Shown here: positions 40,524 to 51,234 of the stretch, one piece after another | How positions within the stretch are numbered: the stretch's first letter is position 1 | Layout of the letters: each line of letters opens with the position of its first letter | DNA from: Candidatus Bathyarchaeota archaeon | GTDB lineage: Archaea; Thermoproteota; Bathyarchaeia; Bathyarchaeales; Bathycorpusculaceae | Length of the DNA stretch: 64,000 nucleotides | Assembly: GCA_963768425.1 (NCBI GenBank) | Contig: CAVYHV010000029.1 | Coordinates: forward strand, 34,013 to 98,012 | Reading direction: 5' to 3' | Program-made: the position numbers and the translations under genes | The notes under the pieces: generated by a model | Told to the model about the DNA's origin: nothing | Database searches by the model: none | Seen by the model: only the letters and a program-made list of their open reading frames with translations

Positions 40524-41464
40524 TGTGGTTTTCCTCCTTTATCTTTAGTCACGAGCTGGATGAATATGTCTTCCAAATTAGCGTTTTTTTGACTCATGCC
40601 CACAATAACTCCCCCAGCGCTTGTTATCGCTTGGGAAACCTGTGCTCTCACGTCATTGTAAGTGTTCACCTGAACAAGTAGGGTATTGTCGGTCTTCCAT
40701 GTGCCGGAAACAAACCCTAAGCTCTTGACCGCGGCAATAACTGGGGCAGAAAGATCAACCAATTCTATATGCATCATTGCTGGTCCTAGTTGATGCGAAA
40801 TATTTTGGGGCGTATCAGAAACCAACATTGTACCATTATTGATGATTGTAACATGGTCGCATAGTTGTTCAACCTCAAAAAGCAGATGCGAGGAAAGAAA
40901 AACAGTCATGCCTTCTTTAGAAATCGCTTTTACAAGCTCCCGAACTTCTACCATGCCAACGGGATCTAAGCCAATGCTGGGCTCATCTAAAACCACCAGT
41001 TCAGGGTTATTCAAAAGCGCTTGCGCGATGCCAATTCTTTGCTGCATCCCCTTACTGTATTTTCCGATAAGGTCGTTTTCTCTTCCCTTTAGCCCCACCA
41101 TTTCAATAAGCTTGGGGATTTGATCTATTCTTTGCTGCTGCGTCATCCCATACATACGACCGTATATATCAAGCAGTTCCGAACCTTTGAGGTGCTTTGG
41201 GAATTTGGGCAACTCAGGCATGAAACCAACCTTTAACCGAGAATCAGCGTCGTCCGTATGGACTTCTTGCCCTAAAACTTTGACTGAACCAGAATCGGGT
41301 CTGAGAAGTCCAACTATGATCTTTATGGTTGTGGTTTTGCCCGCGCCGTTTGGACCTAGAAACCCGTGGATCGTTCCTTTTTGCACTTTGAGGTTAAGCT
41401 TGTTTACAGCTGTTAAGGAATCGAAACATTTTGTTAGGTCGGAGGTTTCAATTGCGTAGTCCAA
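40520..41464 (-). CDS. ABC transporter ATP-binding protein
   Basis: GPNGAGKTT, YSKGMQQR, LDEP, SSH. Confidence 0.95.
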   Translation of the reverse strand: MDYAIETSDLTKCFDSLTAVNKLNLKVQKGTIHGFLGPNGAGKTTTIKIIVGLLRPDSGSVKVLGQEVHTDDADSRLKVGFMPELPKFPKHLKGSELLDIYGRMYGMTQQQRIDQIPKLIEMVGLKGRENDLIGKYSKGMQQRIGIAQALLNNPELVVLDEPSIGLDPVGMVEVRELVKAISKEGMTVFLSSHLLFEVEQLCDHVTIINNGTMLVSDTPQNISHQLGPAMMHIELVDLSAPVIAAVKSLGFVSGTWKTDNTLLVQVNTYNDVRAQVSQAITSAGGVIVGMSQKNANLEDIFIQLVTKDKGGKPQ

Positions 41465-41533
41465 CGCAGGCGCTTCCTTGCTGGGTGTTAGTTGGTTAGT
41501 AGATTTAAGCTTTGAGTTCGTTGGACGCTTCTT

Positions 41534-41991
41534 TCAACGTTTAGATTGGACGGCTATGTCACGGTACATGAGCATCGCCATCACAAAGTAGAGAACAAAC
41601 GCTCCCATGAACCCGCCAGCCATCCCGTAAGAAATGCCGTTTATGGCAAAATTTGACGCTACAAAACGGGCGCCGTTGACGAAGGCGGAAAGCACAAAAA
41701 CGAAACTGACCAACGATAGGATTCTGAATAGGTTGCCTTTATGGATAGTAAGCGCCAGGTTCACAGCACCGACCGCTATCACCGTCATGTCGATAAGGAA
41801 GTGGCTGGCTAAAAGTAAGTTACCGCCAGTTAGAGCATAACTGAGTGCATCGGTGAATGAGCCGCCGCCTGCTGGGAAATGATTCGTCGGGAAAGTAACA
41901 AGTAGGTTTAGCGCCATTCCAACAAAGAACTGAGCTAAAAACAATGCAAAAAGCACCGAAAGCGTCATTGACAGCGCGCCTCGCTCCATTT
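41534..41991 (-). CDS. Four-TM membrane protein (start uncertain)
   Basis: Hydrophobic segments; QF.VGM..NL and H motifs. Confidence 0.6.
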
Positions 41992-42083
41992 TAGCAACCA
42001 AAAAATCGCCATTTCCAGAGTGAGCACCGAAGGTTATAAGACTTCTCAGCCCCATACCCCTCCTAAAGTTAACAGTGAATTGC

Positions 42084-42491
42084 ATGAGCACCAAACATGG
42101 ACCAATTAGCTACAAAGGTAGAACCATAGGCATCCTAACCTTGACAGTTGCCCAACTGCTAATCGGTACCATACACCTCCTGATCGGGTTAGGACTTCTT
42201 GGCATTAAAATAGTGAACAATCAAGGAAGTCTATCTTACGATATTTACACAATTGCCTTTGGAAGCTTGATTCTGGTTTTCGCTGTTTACATTTGGCATG
42301 GCAAAAAAGCTGGGTGGATCGGCACCTTTGCGGCTTTGTTGTTCGTCATAGTGGCGGATTCGTTAACTGTTTTGAATTTGCCCAGCATTCCAGGAATTCC
42401 ATCGTTTGCTGCGCCCACAGAGATAGCCTACAGTATCATTGTGATAGCTTACCTGTCGCTGCCTCATGTGAGAAGAAAATTCGTTGGTTAG
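42084..42491 (+). CDS. Small membrane protein
   Basis: Four TM segments, R..GI.IL start, YL..PHVR end. Confidence 0.65.
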   Translation: MSTKHGPISYKGRTIGILTLTVAQLLIGTIHLLIGLGLLGIKIVNNQGSLSYDIYTIAFGSLILVFAVYIWHGKKAGWIGTFAALLFVIVADSLTVLNLPSIPGIPSFAAPTEIAYSIIVIAYLSLPHVRRKFVG

Positions 42492-43234
42492 GCTCCGTTT
42501 TTTGGCTTTGGCTTCATCCAGTCATGCGCGTAAACTTCTGCTTCTCCGCTTTCAATGGCAGCCAAGATTCGTTGCGCCGCATACTCGGGCGCATCAGCTT
42601 TGTTGAAGGCTTCTTTTGCTTCAGGGGATTCTTCGTGCTCCTGCAATGATGGGTCTTTGATGGTGTTCTTCTCGAAGTCGGTCAGCGTTATGAATGGGTA
42701 AACAGCGCTTACAACGATCTTGTCTTCTGCAAGTTCTGCTCTTGCTGTTAGGCTTAAGTGAGCCAACGCCTTCTTCAGACCCGAGTAAGGTCCGTTGTTT
42801 GGGAGGATCATCAATGCTGTTCCCGAGCTAATGTTGACTATTGCTCCGCCGCCCTGTCGACGCATGATTGGGATGGCTTCTTTCATGGCGGCCAATGGTC
42901 CGACAACGTCTAAATCAAAAATGTGATGGAAAACTTCAATATCCGTTTTTTCGACTGGGGTGTCATATCCTTGACCAGCGTTGTTGACCAAAATATCTAT
43001 TCTTCCGAAATGTTCGGCAACCTTTTTGATCATGCTTTTGATGTCGGATACCTTGGACATGTCGGCGGGAACTGCGATGGCTTCAGGCAGTTCTCTTGCG
43101 AGCTTTTCAAGTTTGTCTTTAGAGCGAGCGACGAGGGCGAGTTGGGCTCCTTTGCTGGCTAACAGTTTTGCTGTGGCTAATCCGATTCCTCCCGATGCGC
43201 CTGTTACAATTGCTACTTTTCCTTTGACATCCAT
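42488..43234 (-). CDS. Short-chain dehydrogenase/reductase
   Basis: TGASGGIG, NNAG, YSGLK. Confidence 0.93.
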   Translation of the reverse strand: MDVKGKVAIVTGASGGIGLATAKLLASKGAQLALVARSKDKLEKLARELPEAIAVPADMSKVSDIKSMIKKVAEHFGRIDILVNNAGQGYDTPVEKTDIEVFHHIFDLDVVGPLAAMKEAIPIMRRQGGGAIVNISSGTALMILPNNGPYSGLKKALAHLSLTARAELAEDKIVVSAVYPFITLTDFEKNTIKDPSLQEHEESPEAKEAFNKADAPEYAAQRILAAIESGEAEVYAHDWMKPKPKNGA

Positions 43235-43244
43235 AAAGAACCAC

Positions 43245-43823
43245 TTAGCTTATGCGTTTGAGAACTTCAGCTGGATGTTTAGGTGGGGACTGTGGGAAAC
43301 CTTTCTTTGGGTAGCCGAAGATAATTGCCGCGTGAACTTCATGGTCGTCAGGGACTCCTAGTTCCGCCTTGATTTTCTGTTCATTTGCCAACGCCACAGC
43401 AGTGCCTATCCAGCAGCTTCCGATTCCCAGTGAGTATGCGGTAAGCATCATGTTTTGAGCTGCCATGGTGCAGTCGTAGATTCCGAAGCGGCTTTTGGCG
43501 CCTGACACGAAGATGAGGAGTGGCGCGTCATAGAAAATGTTGTATTTTGGGTCTGATAGACTCTTCTTTAAGGCGGACATTGCCTGGTTGCCTGCATCAG
43601 GCAGAGTTCGAAGTAAAGCCGGTTTTGCAATATCTGAGAGACGCTTCATCTCTTCTTTGCTCGTTATTATCGTGAATTTCCACGGTTGAATGTTAATTGC
43701 GGAAGGGGCATATGTTGCGGCTTCCAGCATCGTTTCAATCGCCGATTCGGGAACGGGTTTGTCCTCGTAACTGCGGATAGCCCGCCGAGATTTAATGGCT
43801 TCCAAAACATAGTTTTTAGGCAT
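43245..43823 (-). CDS. Nitroreductase family protein
   Basis: RRAIRSY, APSAINIQPW, GIGSCWIG. Confidence 0.93.
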   Translation of the reverse strand: MPKNYVLEAIKSRRAIRSYEDKPVPESAIETMLEAATYAPSAINIQPWKFTIITSKEEMKRLSDIAKPALLRTLPDAGNQAMSALKKSLSDPKYNIFYDAPLLIFVSGAKSRFGIYDCTMAAQNMMLTAYSLGIGSCWIGTAVALANEQKIKAELGVPDDHEVHAAIIFGYPKKGFPQSPPKHPAEVLKRIS

Positions 43824-43948
43824 AAAACTTCGCCATCTACATGGATATTAGCGTTTTATAAAAAGAGTTCTGCTCAACGATATTTATGGTTAAATTAGAT
43901 GAAGATTGGTTGCTTCTGGCCCTTCTCAGGTGTTCTTGTGTGTACAAA

Positions 43949-44006
43949 CCGACCGGTCGGGTCAATGTCGGTACACTTTGACGGTACAGTTTGTCGGTAC
44001 ACTTTG
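43949..44006. repeat. 12-bp palindrome + three tandem 13-bp repeats
   Basis: CCGACCGGTCGG (43949-43960); WCGGTACASTTTG x3 (43968-44006). Confidence 0.8.
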
Positions 44007-44073
44007 CATATACATCAGCGGTCAGCAATCGACAAACGCATTGCCATTTTATATCAAGGATTCACTGCAACCG

Positions 44074-44484
44074 TCAGGTTGACTTTTTTTGCAGAGTACT
44101 CATGTACGCAGGTAAGCTTTCAATACATTGAATTTCTCGGCCAACTAAGGCCTCCAACTCCCGCCAAAACCCTATGTCAACCTTAATCTTAGCCCGCTCC
44201 AAATCACGTTTCAAACGTAAAGTTCCTTCCTTGCCACGTCTGTCAAAATCCAATAAAAGAACGATAGCTCCCACACCAAGGTTTTCTATTTCCACGGTGG
44301 CTTCAAGGAAAGATTTGCCGCCCGTTTTGACCGTGACCACTTTTCCTTCAACACCTAACTCGCGCAGAGCTTGAGCGTCTTTTTTGCCCTCCACAACTAT
44401 AGGTTTGCCCTTCATAGCGTCTTCCGCCAGCTTAGCTACAAACGCTTTAAGTTTTTCCTGTTTTTCTTTAAGCCTTGTTGACAA
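44074..44484 (-). CDS. Stand-alone Toprim domain protein
   Basis: IVVEGKKD...LLDFDRRG. Confidence 0.85.
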   Translation of the reverse strand: MSTRLKEKQEKLKAFVAKLAEDAMKGKPIVVEGKKDAQALRELGVEGKVVTVKTGGKSFLEATVEIENLGVGAIVLLLDFDRRGKEGTLRLKRDLERAKIKVDIGFWRELEALVGREIQCIESLPAYMSTLQKKST

Positions 44485-44489
44485 CGCTT

Positions 44490-45578
44490 CTACCTTGTGA
44501 TCCTCGCTTGCCGCACGGTTTCCAAGCAGTCCATGGCTTCCTTATTGTTCGCGAAATAGCGCCGCACTGGCTCCAACACTTCTGCAAGCTCTGATGCAAC
44601 TCCATTTTTCAGGTCCATAGGATGCAGTTTGCCTTCTGCGTATACAGATTCCAGTTCCTGGAAGCTTTGGAACTCAACGTTTCCCCCGAACTTGGTTGGG
44701 CGCTCGATTCTGAACACTGGTTTCTCGCGGAAAATAATGTATTTGCAGATATCCATGATTGGATTGAACTTGATTGTTCTCTCTGGACAGAAAGCCTTCG
44801 CCATCTTCTGCTTAATTTCTTCGGGTGTATCGTAGATGAATATACATGTCTGCGGTTTGCTCTTAGACATCTTCGCCGAAGCCACAGCTTCCTTTTCCTG
44901 TCCTTCAGGAATCGGCCAAATCTTAGGCTTCTCTAAACCCTGTAGCAAATGATGGTGGATGCAGACGGGTTTCCAACAGCCGATTTTTTCCCCGATTTCT
45001 CTTGCAACCATGTTAGCTTTGCGTTGATCCATGCCCAGCTGGCAGATCTTAACTTTCAACTGGAAAATATCAGCGACTTGCATGGGCGTGTACAGGTAGT
45101 CCGAAACGTAATGGGCTTCAGCTTCTTGTCTTCCAGCAATCTCAAGGGTTCGGGTTGTTCTGGCAATCGTCAGGTTTTTTGCGATTATAACTGTTTTAGC
45201 CCAGTAATCAATGTCTTTGTAGAGTTCGTCAGAGTAAATGAATTCTACTTTTTCGCCGGATACGCCGAGGCTGAGCCAAGAATGCCTAAAGAGGTCTGCG
45301 GCTTTGCGGATGAGAGTCAAGTCGCCGCCTAACTTGTTGTTTAACCATGCATGCCATGTAGACAAATATGCTTTGAAGTGGACGCCTGCCTCAGCGAAGT
45401 CCTTCATTTTGTAAGCGCAGATAACTCCCGTTCCCAAATGTGCCAGACCCGACGGTTCCCAACCGTTGTATGCGACAGGATGCTCTTCGGTCTCCAAAAG
45501 TTCCCGTAGGTCTTCTGGGGTAACGACTTCTTCTGTTGGTGGTCGGCAGATAAGCTCAATCTTCTTCTCTAAATCCAA
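44490..45578 (-). CDS. tyrS: Tyrosyl-tRNA synthetase (archaeal type)
   Basis: YNGWEPSGLAHLG, YTPMQVAD, GMDQRK, KMSKS, LHPMDLK. Confidence 0.95.
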   Translation of the reverse strand: MDLEKKIELICRPPTEEVVTPEDLRELLETEEHPVAYNGWEPSGLAHLGTGVICAYKMKDFAEAGVHFKAYLSTWHAWLNNKLGGDLTLIRKAADLFRHSWLSLGVSGEKVEFIYSDELYKDIDYWAKTVIIAKNLTIARTTRTLEIAGRQEAEAHYVSDYLYTPMQVADIFQLKVKICQLGMDQRKANMVAREIGEKIGCWKPVCIHHHLLQGLEKPKIWPIPEGQEKEAVASAKMSKSKPQTCIFIYDTPEEIKQKMAKAFCPERTIKFNPIMDICKYIIFREKPVFRIERPTKFGGNVEFQSFQELESVYAEGKLHPMDLKNGVASELAEVLEPVRRYFANNKEAMDCLETVRQARITR

Positions 45579-45881
45579 TTATCTTCAGCTCAATTCTTCA
45601 TAGCCTAACAGATTGGGAATTTAAGAGTGCCAATACCTACATTCTTGATATTTAGACTCTATTGAACCCCTAATCATTATGCTTATGTTTTATGGTTTCT
45701 AATGCTTTCTGCTAATTAATTAGTTTTGCCGAGCGCATATAACCCTTGAAGGTACTCGCTGATAGCCCTTACCCATTTAATGGTATTTTTGGTTACTTGT
45801 TTCTTAATAGCCCTAATCGTTTAATATTGTACCATTGTATTTGCAACAAGAAAGGTTTTACATTAAAAATGATAAGAAAAA

Positions 45882-46601
45882 TTATGGAAAATGAATATCC
45901 AAGTCGATAACGGTTGTACCAGCGAACTTGTCAAAGTACCTCATGAAATTGGCATTTTTAAGTCCCCATCCTACAATTAAGTCAAAAGGCAAAAGAGGCA
46001 AAATTTTTCCAAAATTCCTTATTGCAGCATAGTCATAAAACATTTTTTTGCCATCAGTTCTAACTGCTTTCAAACCGATAATACGCTTGCCTATAGTTTG
46101 ACCGTTGAAGCCTTCCAGCAGCGTGGAGTAAAGCCAAAGAAGACCTACAATAATGAAAAGCCCTGTGCTCGTTCCCACAGTTAAAAAAGTTGCCATTGAC
46201 ACAGAAAAGACCTCTGGAAAAAGAATAATCGCCGTAATTGCTGATATCAACGCAAAATCAATCACAAAAGCTAAACTTCTCTGTTTAAAAGAAGCGAGTG
46301 GCAGATGGCTTACTTTTCTTTGTACATCCGCTACTTCTGCCCAACTTTCTACATCATTGATAACTCTTACTGCGTTTTCTCCAGCCCTGCTTAATTTATA
46401 TTTGCCCGTTGAGGTTTGCTCAATGAAAATCTCCAACGAGCGAAGGTGAAAACTTAATCTCCCAGTATCAATCTTTAGCAAGTTCATCAATTCAGTAAAT
46501 GATGCCTCGCCTTTTTCGCTCAGGTTCAGCAGTATTTCTCTTCGCAAAGGATGCGAAAGGATTGAAAGTATCTTCGAAATGTTTTCTTGATCTGCTGCCA
46601 T
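45882..46601 (-). CDS. ArsR-like wHTH fused to RDD membrane domain (paralogue 1)
   Basis: LSHPLRREIL..LSFHL; R..AF.ID..GQTIGK..GL..FDKFAGTTVI. Confidence 0.85.
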   Translation of the reverse strand: MAADQENISKILSILSHPLRREILLNLSEKGEASFTELMNLLKIDTGRLSFHLRSLEIFIEQTSTGKYKLSRAGENAVRVINDVESWAEVADVQRKVSHLPLASFKQRSLAFVIDFALISAITAIILFPEVFSVSMATFLTVGTSTGLFIIVGLLWLYSTLLEGFNGQTIGKRIIGLKAVRTDGKKMFYDYAAIRNFGKILPLLPFDLIVGWGLKNANFMRYFDKFAGTTVIDLDIHFP

Positions 46602-46882
46602 GTTTCAAAACCAAGGCTTTAATGCTTTCTCTAGTTCTACGTCATTCAGATTTAAGACTTATCTTTATGAAAAATCGACTAAAAAGACTAAAGGGTAGCG
46701 TAAAACATGTTTCCTAATTTTTTCAGCAGCAATCATGTCTATCTATTTTAGGACGAGCCTGGGGCGTTAGTCAAGGCGAAAGCGAACCGAGGCTATTGTA
46801 TAATAAGGCTGTTTAGTCAACGAAAAGAGCTATAGGTTTCATCTTACTAAGTTTTTAACCAAGGTCAAAACGATACACAGTA

Positions 46883-47098
46883 GTGAAAAATGTGGATTTT
46901 AAGTTTGGCTTAGTGGGTGCAATACTTTTCGCACTTGGAGGAGCTTACTTACTTTATTACTTTACCAATACAGAGGGGCAATATAATATTACGCGCGTCC
47001 TTCCCATCGTCGGCGTTGGCGTTGTTGCTTTTATTTGTCTTATGTTTATCGGCATCGGTCTTTGGTTAATTGTCCAAAGTGGAAAAACTGACAAATAA
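46883..47098 (+). CDS. Small two-TM protein
   Basis: 71-aa ORF with two hydrophobic helices. Confidence 0.5.
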   Translation: MKNVDFKFGLVGAILFALGGAYLLYYFTNTEGQYNITRVLPIVGVGVVAFICLMFIGIGLWLIVQSGKTDK

Positions 47099-47724
47099 CA
47101 ACATCCTGCTCGGAACGTGTAAGTTTCTTCTTTTTCTTTCAATGTGTTTTCCTAGCCAGTTGGATGCTTTCGTAATAGATGATCGGGTGGAGCTTCTAAG
47201 CGCTGTCCAAAATCCCAATTAAACATCTGTTTCGTTTATTCATATAAATTAATATAGCCTAATCAGTTCAAGGCTGTTTGAATACGATGTTTTTACGGGC
47301 TGTTTGTCTCCCATGTAACCTAACGCTTAACCGCATAGCTGGGCGTTGCCTTTTGCTTAGCTAAGTTCTCTCGGCATGGGACTTTTTTTCGCCCGTGCCC
47401 CGCCTGTTCCATAATTGGGTAGAACCCGATCGTCATGGGTGCAAGATTTGTGTTTCTTGCGTACCTCTGTTGAGTCCGTCGTTATGGGTGCTCAATTTTG
47501 GCGAGGCAATAAAAATAGGTGCGGGGGTGTTGGTTAAATGTTGCTATGGACTTGCTTTCTTTTTTCAGAGTTGACTATCATCCATCGTAAAAGGTGGCTT
47601 CATCCGTTTCGTCATCAAGGCAACTCACCTTTTTTTGCAATTCTATAAGGCGGACTCATTCTAACAAACCTTAAATTTCAATCGAAACAACTTACCACCA
47701 ACAAAGAGTCAGCTTTCATAGAAC

Positions 47725-49278
47725 ATGCAAGAGTGGGAATGTTTGCGGCTCTTGAAAAGTGGTTGTAACTTTAGATTAGCCTTCTTAGTCTTTGCTATTT
47801 GCTACCTCAGTGTTCTCGTCGGCTTTTTGATATTGAACTCTTCAAATATGCCAATCCAATGGGATGAAGCTGGTCATCTTGACAACGGGCTCTTTCTGAA
47901 ACTTGGAATGTACAAGCAATTCTCAAGTAACCTGTTTTATCCGCCGCTTTATGATGTTTTGACCTTTTTATCATTCAGCGTTTTTGGTGTAAGCGTTGTT
48001 TCCGCCAGGATAGTTGATGCGTTCTTCTCGGTTTTGCTTTTATGGGTAGTTTTTGAGTTCACTTACAAGGTCTATGACGGCAAGACTGCGTTGTTAGGAT
48101 CTATTTTCTTGGGCGTGATGCCGGGCTACTTTTATGCCTCCCATTTAGCCATGCTGGACACAGCGATGACCTTCTTTTTTGTGCTGGCGATCTTCGTTTT
48201 TTACATTTGGCTTCAAACATACAAGGATAGAATGTTAATTCTCATTGGATTAACCGTAATTCTTGGGTTCTTAATAAAATACCAAATTATCGTCGCCGTG
48301 CTTGTAATGTTTTTCTGCGTCTTGTTTTTCTGTAGAAGTCAACTTAAAAGGCTTTTTTCAAGAAAAATCTACATTGTACTGATCTTCGCGTTGTTGGCTA
48401 GCGTTGCTTATCTGGTTTACAGTTTTCAGTGGTACCTTGGAATGTGGCTGAACGTTATGGGAATCAACACCACAGGAGGAACTATACAGCCACTCTATTA
48501 TCTGACTGAAATGAACAGCATATACCCTGCCATTCATCCAATTTCGCTTCTCATGTATGCCTTGGGGTTTCTCGGTTTGGGGTTATTTGCTGTCAGGAGA
48601 CAAAAGCCCGACAAACTCCTTTTGATATGGTTCATAACCGTCATCGTCTTCTATACCATCATCACCAACAAAAATTGGCGTTACGCCCTCCCTCTGTTCC
48701 CAGTGTTAGCGGTTTCAGCAGCAGTCTTCGTCACGGTCACATTTACAAAATTGCGAGGCCTCAACAGAAGGACTTTAGCTAAAATAAGCGCTTCGGTACT
48801 GATAATTTTTACCTGTCTGTCTCTTTTCTACAGCGTCAACGACGCAGTTTATTGGATGAACTCTGATAAAGCGCCTTTCGCCTTGGAGCAAGCCGTAAAA
48901 TATGCCATAAACCACGATTGCGAAAACCAATCGATAACGATTCTTTGTCCTGACAACTACTTCAGCAAAGGCATCGTGGATTTTTATCTACTAAAAGACG
49001 GAGTATCACAAATCCATTCGTACACTTATCCATGGTCAAGAATCATAGATCCCACCTTCAACATCACCACTCTAATCAGCCGATGCAAAGAATACAACGT
49101 GAAATTCCTGTTCACAACTGAAACAGGCGGAAACCGCCTCGACTACTTCAACTCCACAGTCACCCTCATGGATATTTACACCCAACTATACCGCTCAAAC
49201 AACTTCACCCATGTTACACCCGAGCAGACTTTTGGCCAATCTCCCATACGCATCTACATACTAAACTTCACAGGTTAA
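47725..49278 (+). CDS. GT-C (PMT/ArnT-like) membrane glycosyltransferase
   Basis: WDE motif, YPPLY, many TMs, RY.LP..P. Confidence 0.85.
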   Translation: MQEWECLRLLKSGCNFRLAFLVFAICYLSVLVGFLILNSSNMPIQWDEAGHLDNGLFLKLGMYKQFSSNLFYPPLYDVLTFLSFSVFGVSVVSARIVDAFFSVLLLWVVFEFTYKVYDGKTALLGSIFLGVMPGYFYASHLAMLDTAMTFFFVLAIFVFYIWLQTYKDRMLILIGLTVILGFLIKYQIIVAVLVMFFCVLFFCRSQLKRLFSRKIYIVLIFALLASVAYLVYSFQWYLGMWLNVMGINTTGGTIQPLYYLTEMNSIYPAIHPISLLMYALGFLGLGLFAVRRQKPDKLLLIWFITVIVFYTIITNKNWRYALPLFPVLAVSAAVFVTVTFTKLRGLNRRTLAKISASVLIIFTCLSLFYSVNDAVYWMNSDKAPFALEQAVKYAINHDCENQSITILCPDNYFSKGIVDFYLLKDGVSQIHSYTYPWSRIIDPTFNITTLISRCKEYNVKFLFTTETGGNRLDYFNSTVTLMDIYTQLYRSNNFTHVTPEQTFGQSPIRIYILNFTG

Positions 49279-49377
49279 ACAAGCAGAGTTTCCACAACAA
49301 TTGCAAAATTCTTTGATTTTTTTGCGGGTAAAGATTTAAGTGTGACCCTTTCATGTTTTATGTGCACGGTGCATTAA

Positions 49378-49539
49378 ATGCCAACTCACGGAAGCTTATC
49401 GAAAGCTGGAAAAGTAAGGTCTCAAACGCCGAAAATCACGGCACAAGAAAAAACAGCGCCAAGCCCAAGAAACAGAAACAGACGTAACTACGAGAAACGG
49501 ACTATCCTGCAAAGGAAAGCCGGACAAAACTGGATGTAA
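49378..49539 (+). CDS. rps30e: 30S ribosomal protein S30e (eS30); absent from ORF track
   Basis: [25 protein letters not shown]...RRNYEKR. Confidence 0.95.
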   Translation: MPTHGSLSKAGKVRSQTPKITAQEKTAPSPRNRNRRNYEKRTILQRKAGQNWM

Positions 49540-49618
49540 AACCAGCAAACTGCTTTTTCAAGCGTTAAAGTTTCTTTAGCCTTAGTGTACTTTATTTATC
49601 CGTTGACTTAACCATATT

Positions 49619-51233
49619 TTGGTCCCTTTGACTTTGACGGACAAAGACTTAGCTTTACGGGAAATCATCAACATCCTAAAAGAGAGGCCGCAGGCGACCC
49701 GTGACGATTTGAACCGGCTCAAAATGAAGGCTGCAGCCAAATACAAACTTGAAGAAGTCCCGTCGAACTCGGAGCTTATCAGCCTTTTGACACCCCAAGA
49801 AACCAAGCAGCTTATTCCTATTCTGCGTAGGAAAACAACCCGAACCATTTCAGGCGTCACTGTCATTGCAACCATGACAAAACCTTACCCTTGTCCGCAG
49901 CCTGAACCATGCGCTTACTGCCCAGGCGGGCCATCACAGGGAAGCCCGCAAAGCTACACGGGACATGAGCCAGCAGCTATGCGAGGCGCCCAAAACAACT
50001 TCGACCCGTACCTGCAGGTCCAAAGCCGCATTGAACAGCTAACAGCTATCGGGCACACTGTAGACAAAATCGAGTTAATAGTCATGGGCGGCACCTTCCC
50101 CGCAACACCCCCAGAGTATCAAACTTGGTTTATCCAACGTTGCCTTGACGCATTAACAGGCAAAGCCTCCGCCAGCTTGGAAGAAGCAAAAGCTAATGCT
50201 GAAACCAGCCGCTTGCGCAATGTCGGCATAACCGTGGAGACACGCCCCGACTGGGCGAAACAACCCCAAATCGACTCACTTCTAGACATGGGTGTCACCC
50301 GCATTGAACTCGGCGTGCAGAACCCCGACGACAGTATCTACCGCTTAGTCGGAAGAACCCACACAGTTACCGACGTGCAAGAAGCCACCCGCATCGCAAA
50401 GGACGCTGGGCTCAAGATCGTTTACCACATGATGCCTGGGCTTCCTGGCTCCGACAGGGAAAAAGACATCGCTGCTTTTAGAAGGGTTTTCGCTGACCCC
50501 GCGTTTAAGCCTGACATGATTAAAATTTACCCTTGTCTTTGCATCGCAAACACAAAAACCTACGACTGGTATCAGAAAGGCGACTACAAGCCCTACACAA
50601 CTGAAGAAGCCGCGGAACTTGTCGCCGATGTCAAAAGATTTATTCCGCCGTGGATACGGGTCATGCGGGTTCAACGGGATATTCCTTCACACTTGATTCT
50701 AGGCAGGCGTCAAGAAAAGCAACCTGCGCCAATTAGCTACCGAAAAGCTGAAACAGCAAGGCGCTAGGTGTCAGTGCATCCGTTGTCGTGAAGTCGGACA
50801 TAGATTAGCGGTGGACAACGTAAAGCCAGAACTCGAAAAAGTATCGATTCAGAGTTTCTGCTACGACGCTTCGGAAGGCAAAGAAGTTTTCATTTCAGCT
50901 GAAGACCAAGAAAACGATGTTTTGCTCGGCTACTTGCGCCTGCGAGTACCCTCTGAAAAGGCTCACAGAGCAGAAGTTACGGTCACCCCCTCCGCCATTG
51001 TCCGGGAACTTCACGTTTACGGTCCGCTTGTGCCTGTCGGGAAGCATTTGGCGGAAGCGTGGCAGCATAAAGGTTTCGGCGCTGACTTGCTTAAGGAAGC
51101 TGAGCGCATGGCACGTGACGGCTTCGGTCTCAAAAAGCTTTTAGTTATTAGTGCGTTAGGAACAAGAAGGTATTACAGGCGCTTTGGGTACGAGCGCGAT
51201 GGAGTTTACGTTTCCAAACATTTGGTGAGTTAA
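49619..51233 (+). CDS. elp3: Elp3 tRNA U34 acetyltransferase, radical SAM + KAT (+1 indel at ~50702)
   Basis: RTISGV, CPQPEPCAYCPGG, ETRPD; second frame CQCIRCREVG, RELHVYG, WQHKGFG. Confidence 0.92.
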
Positions 51234-51234
51234 G

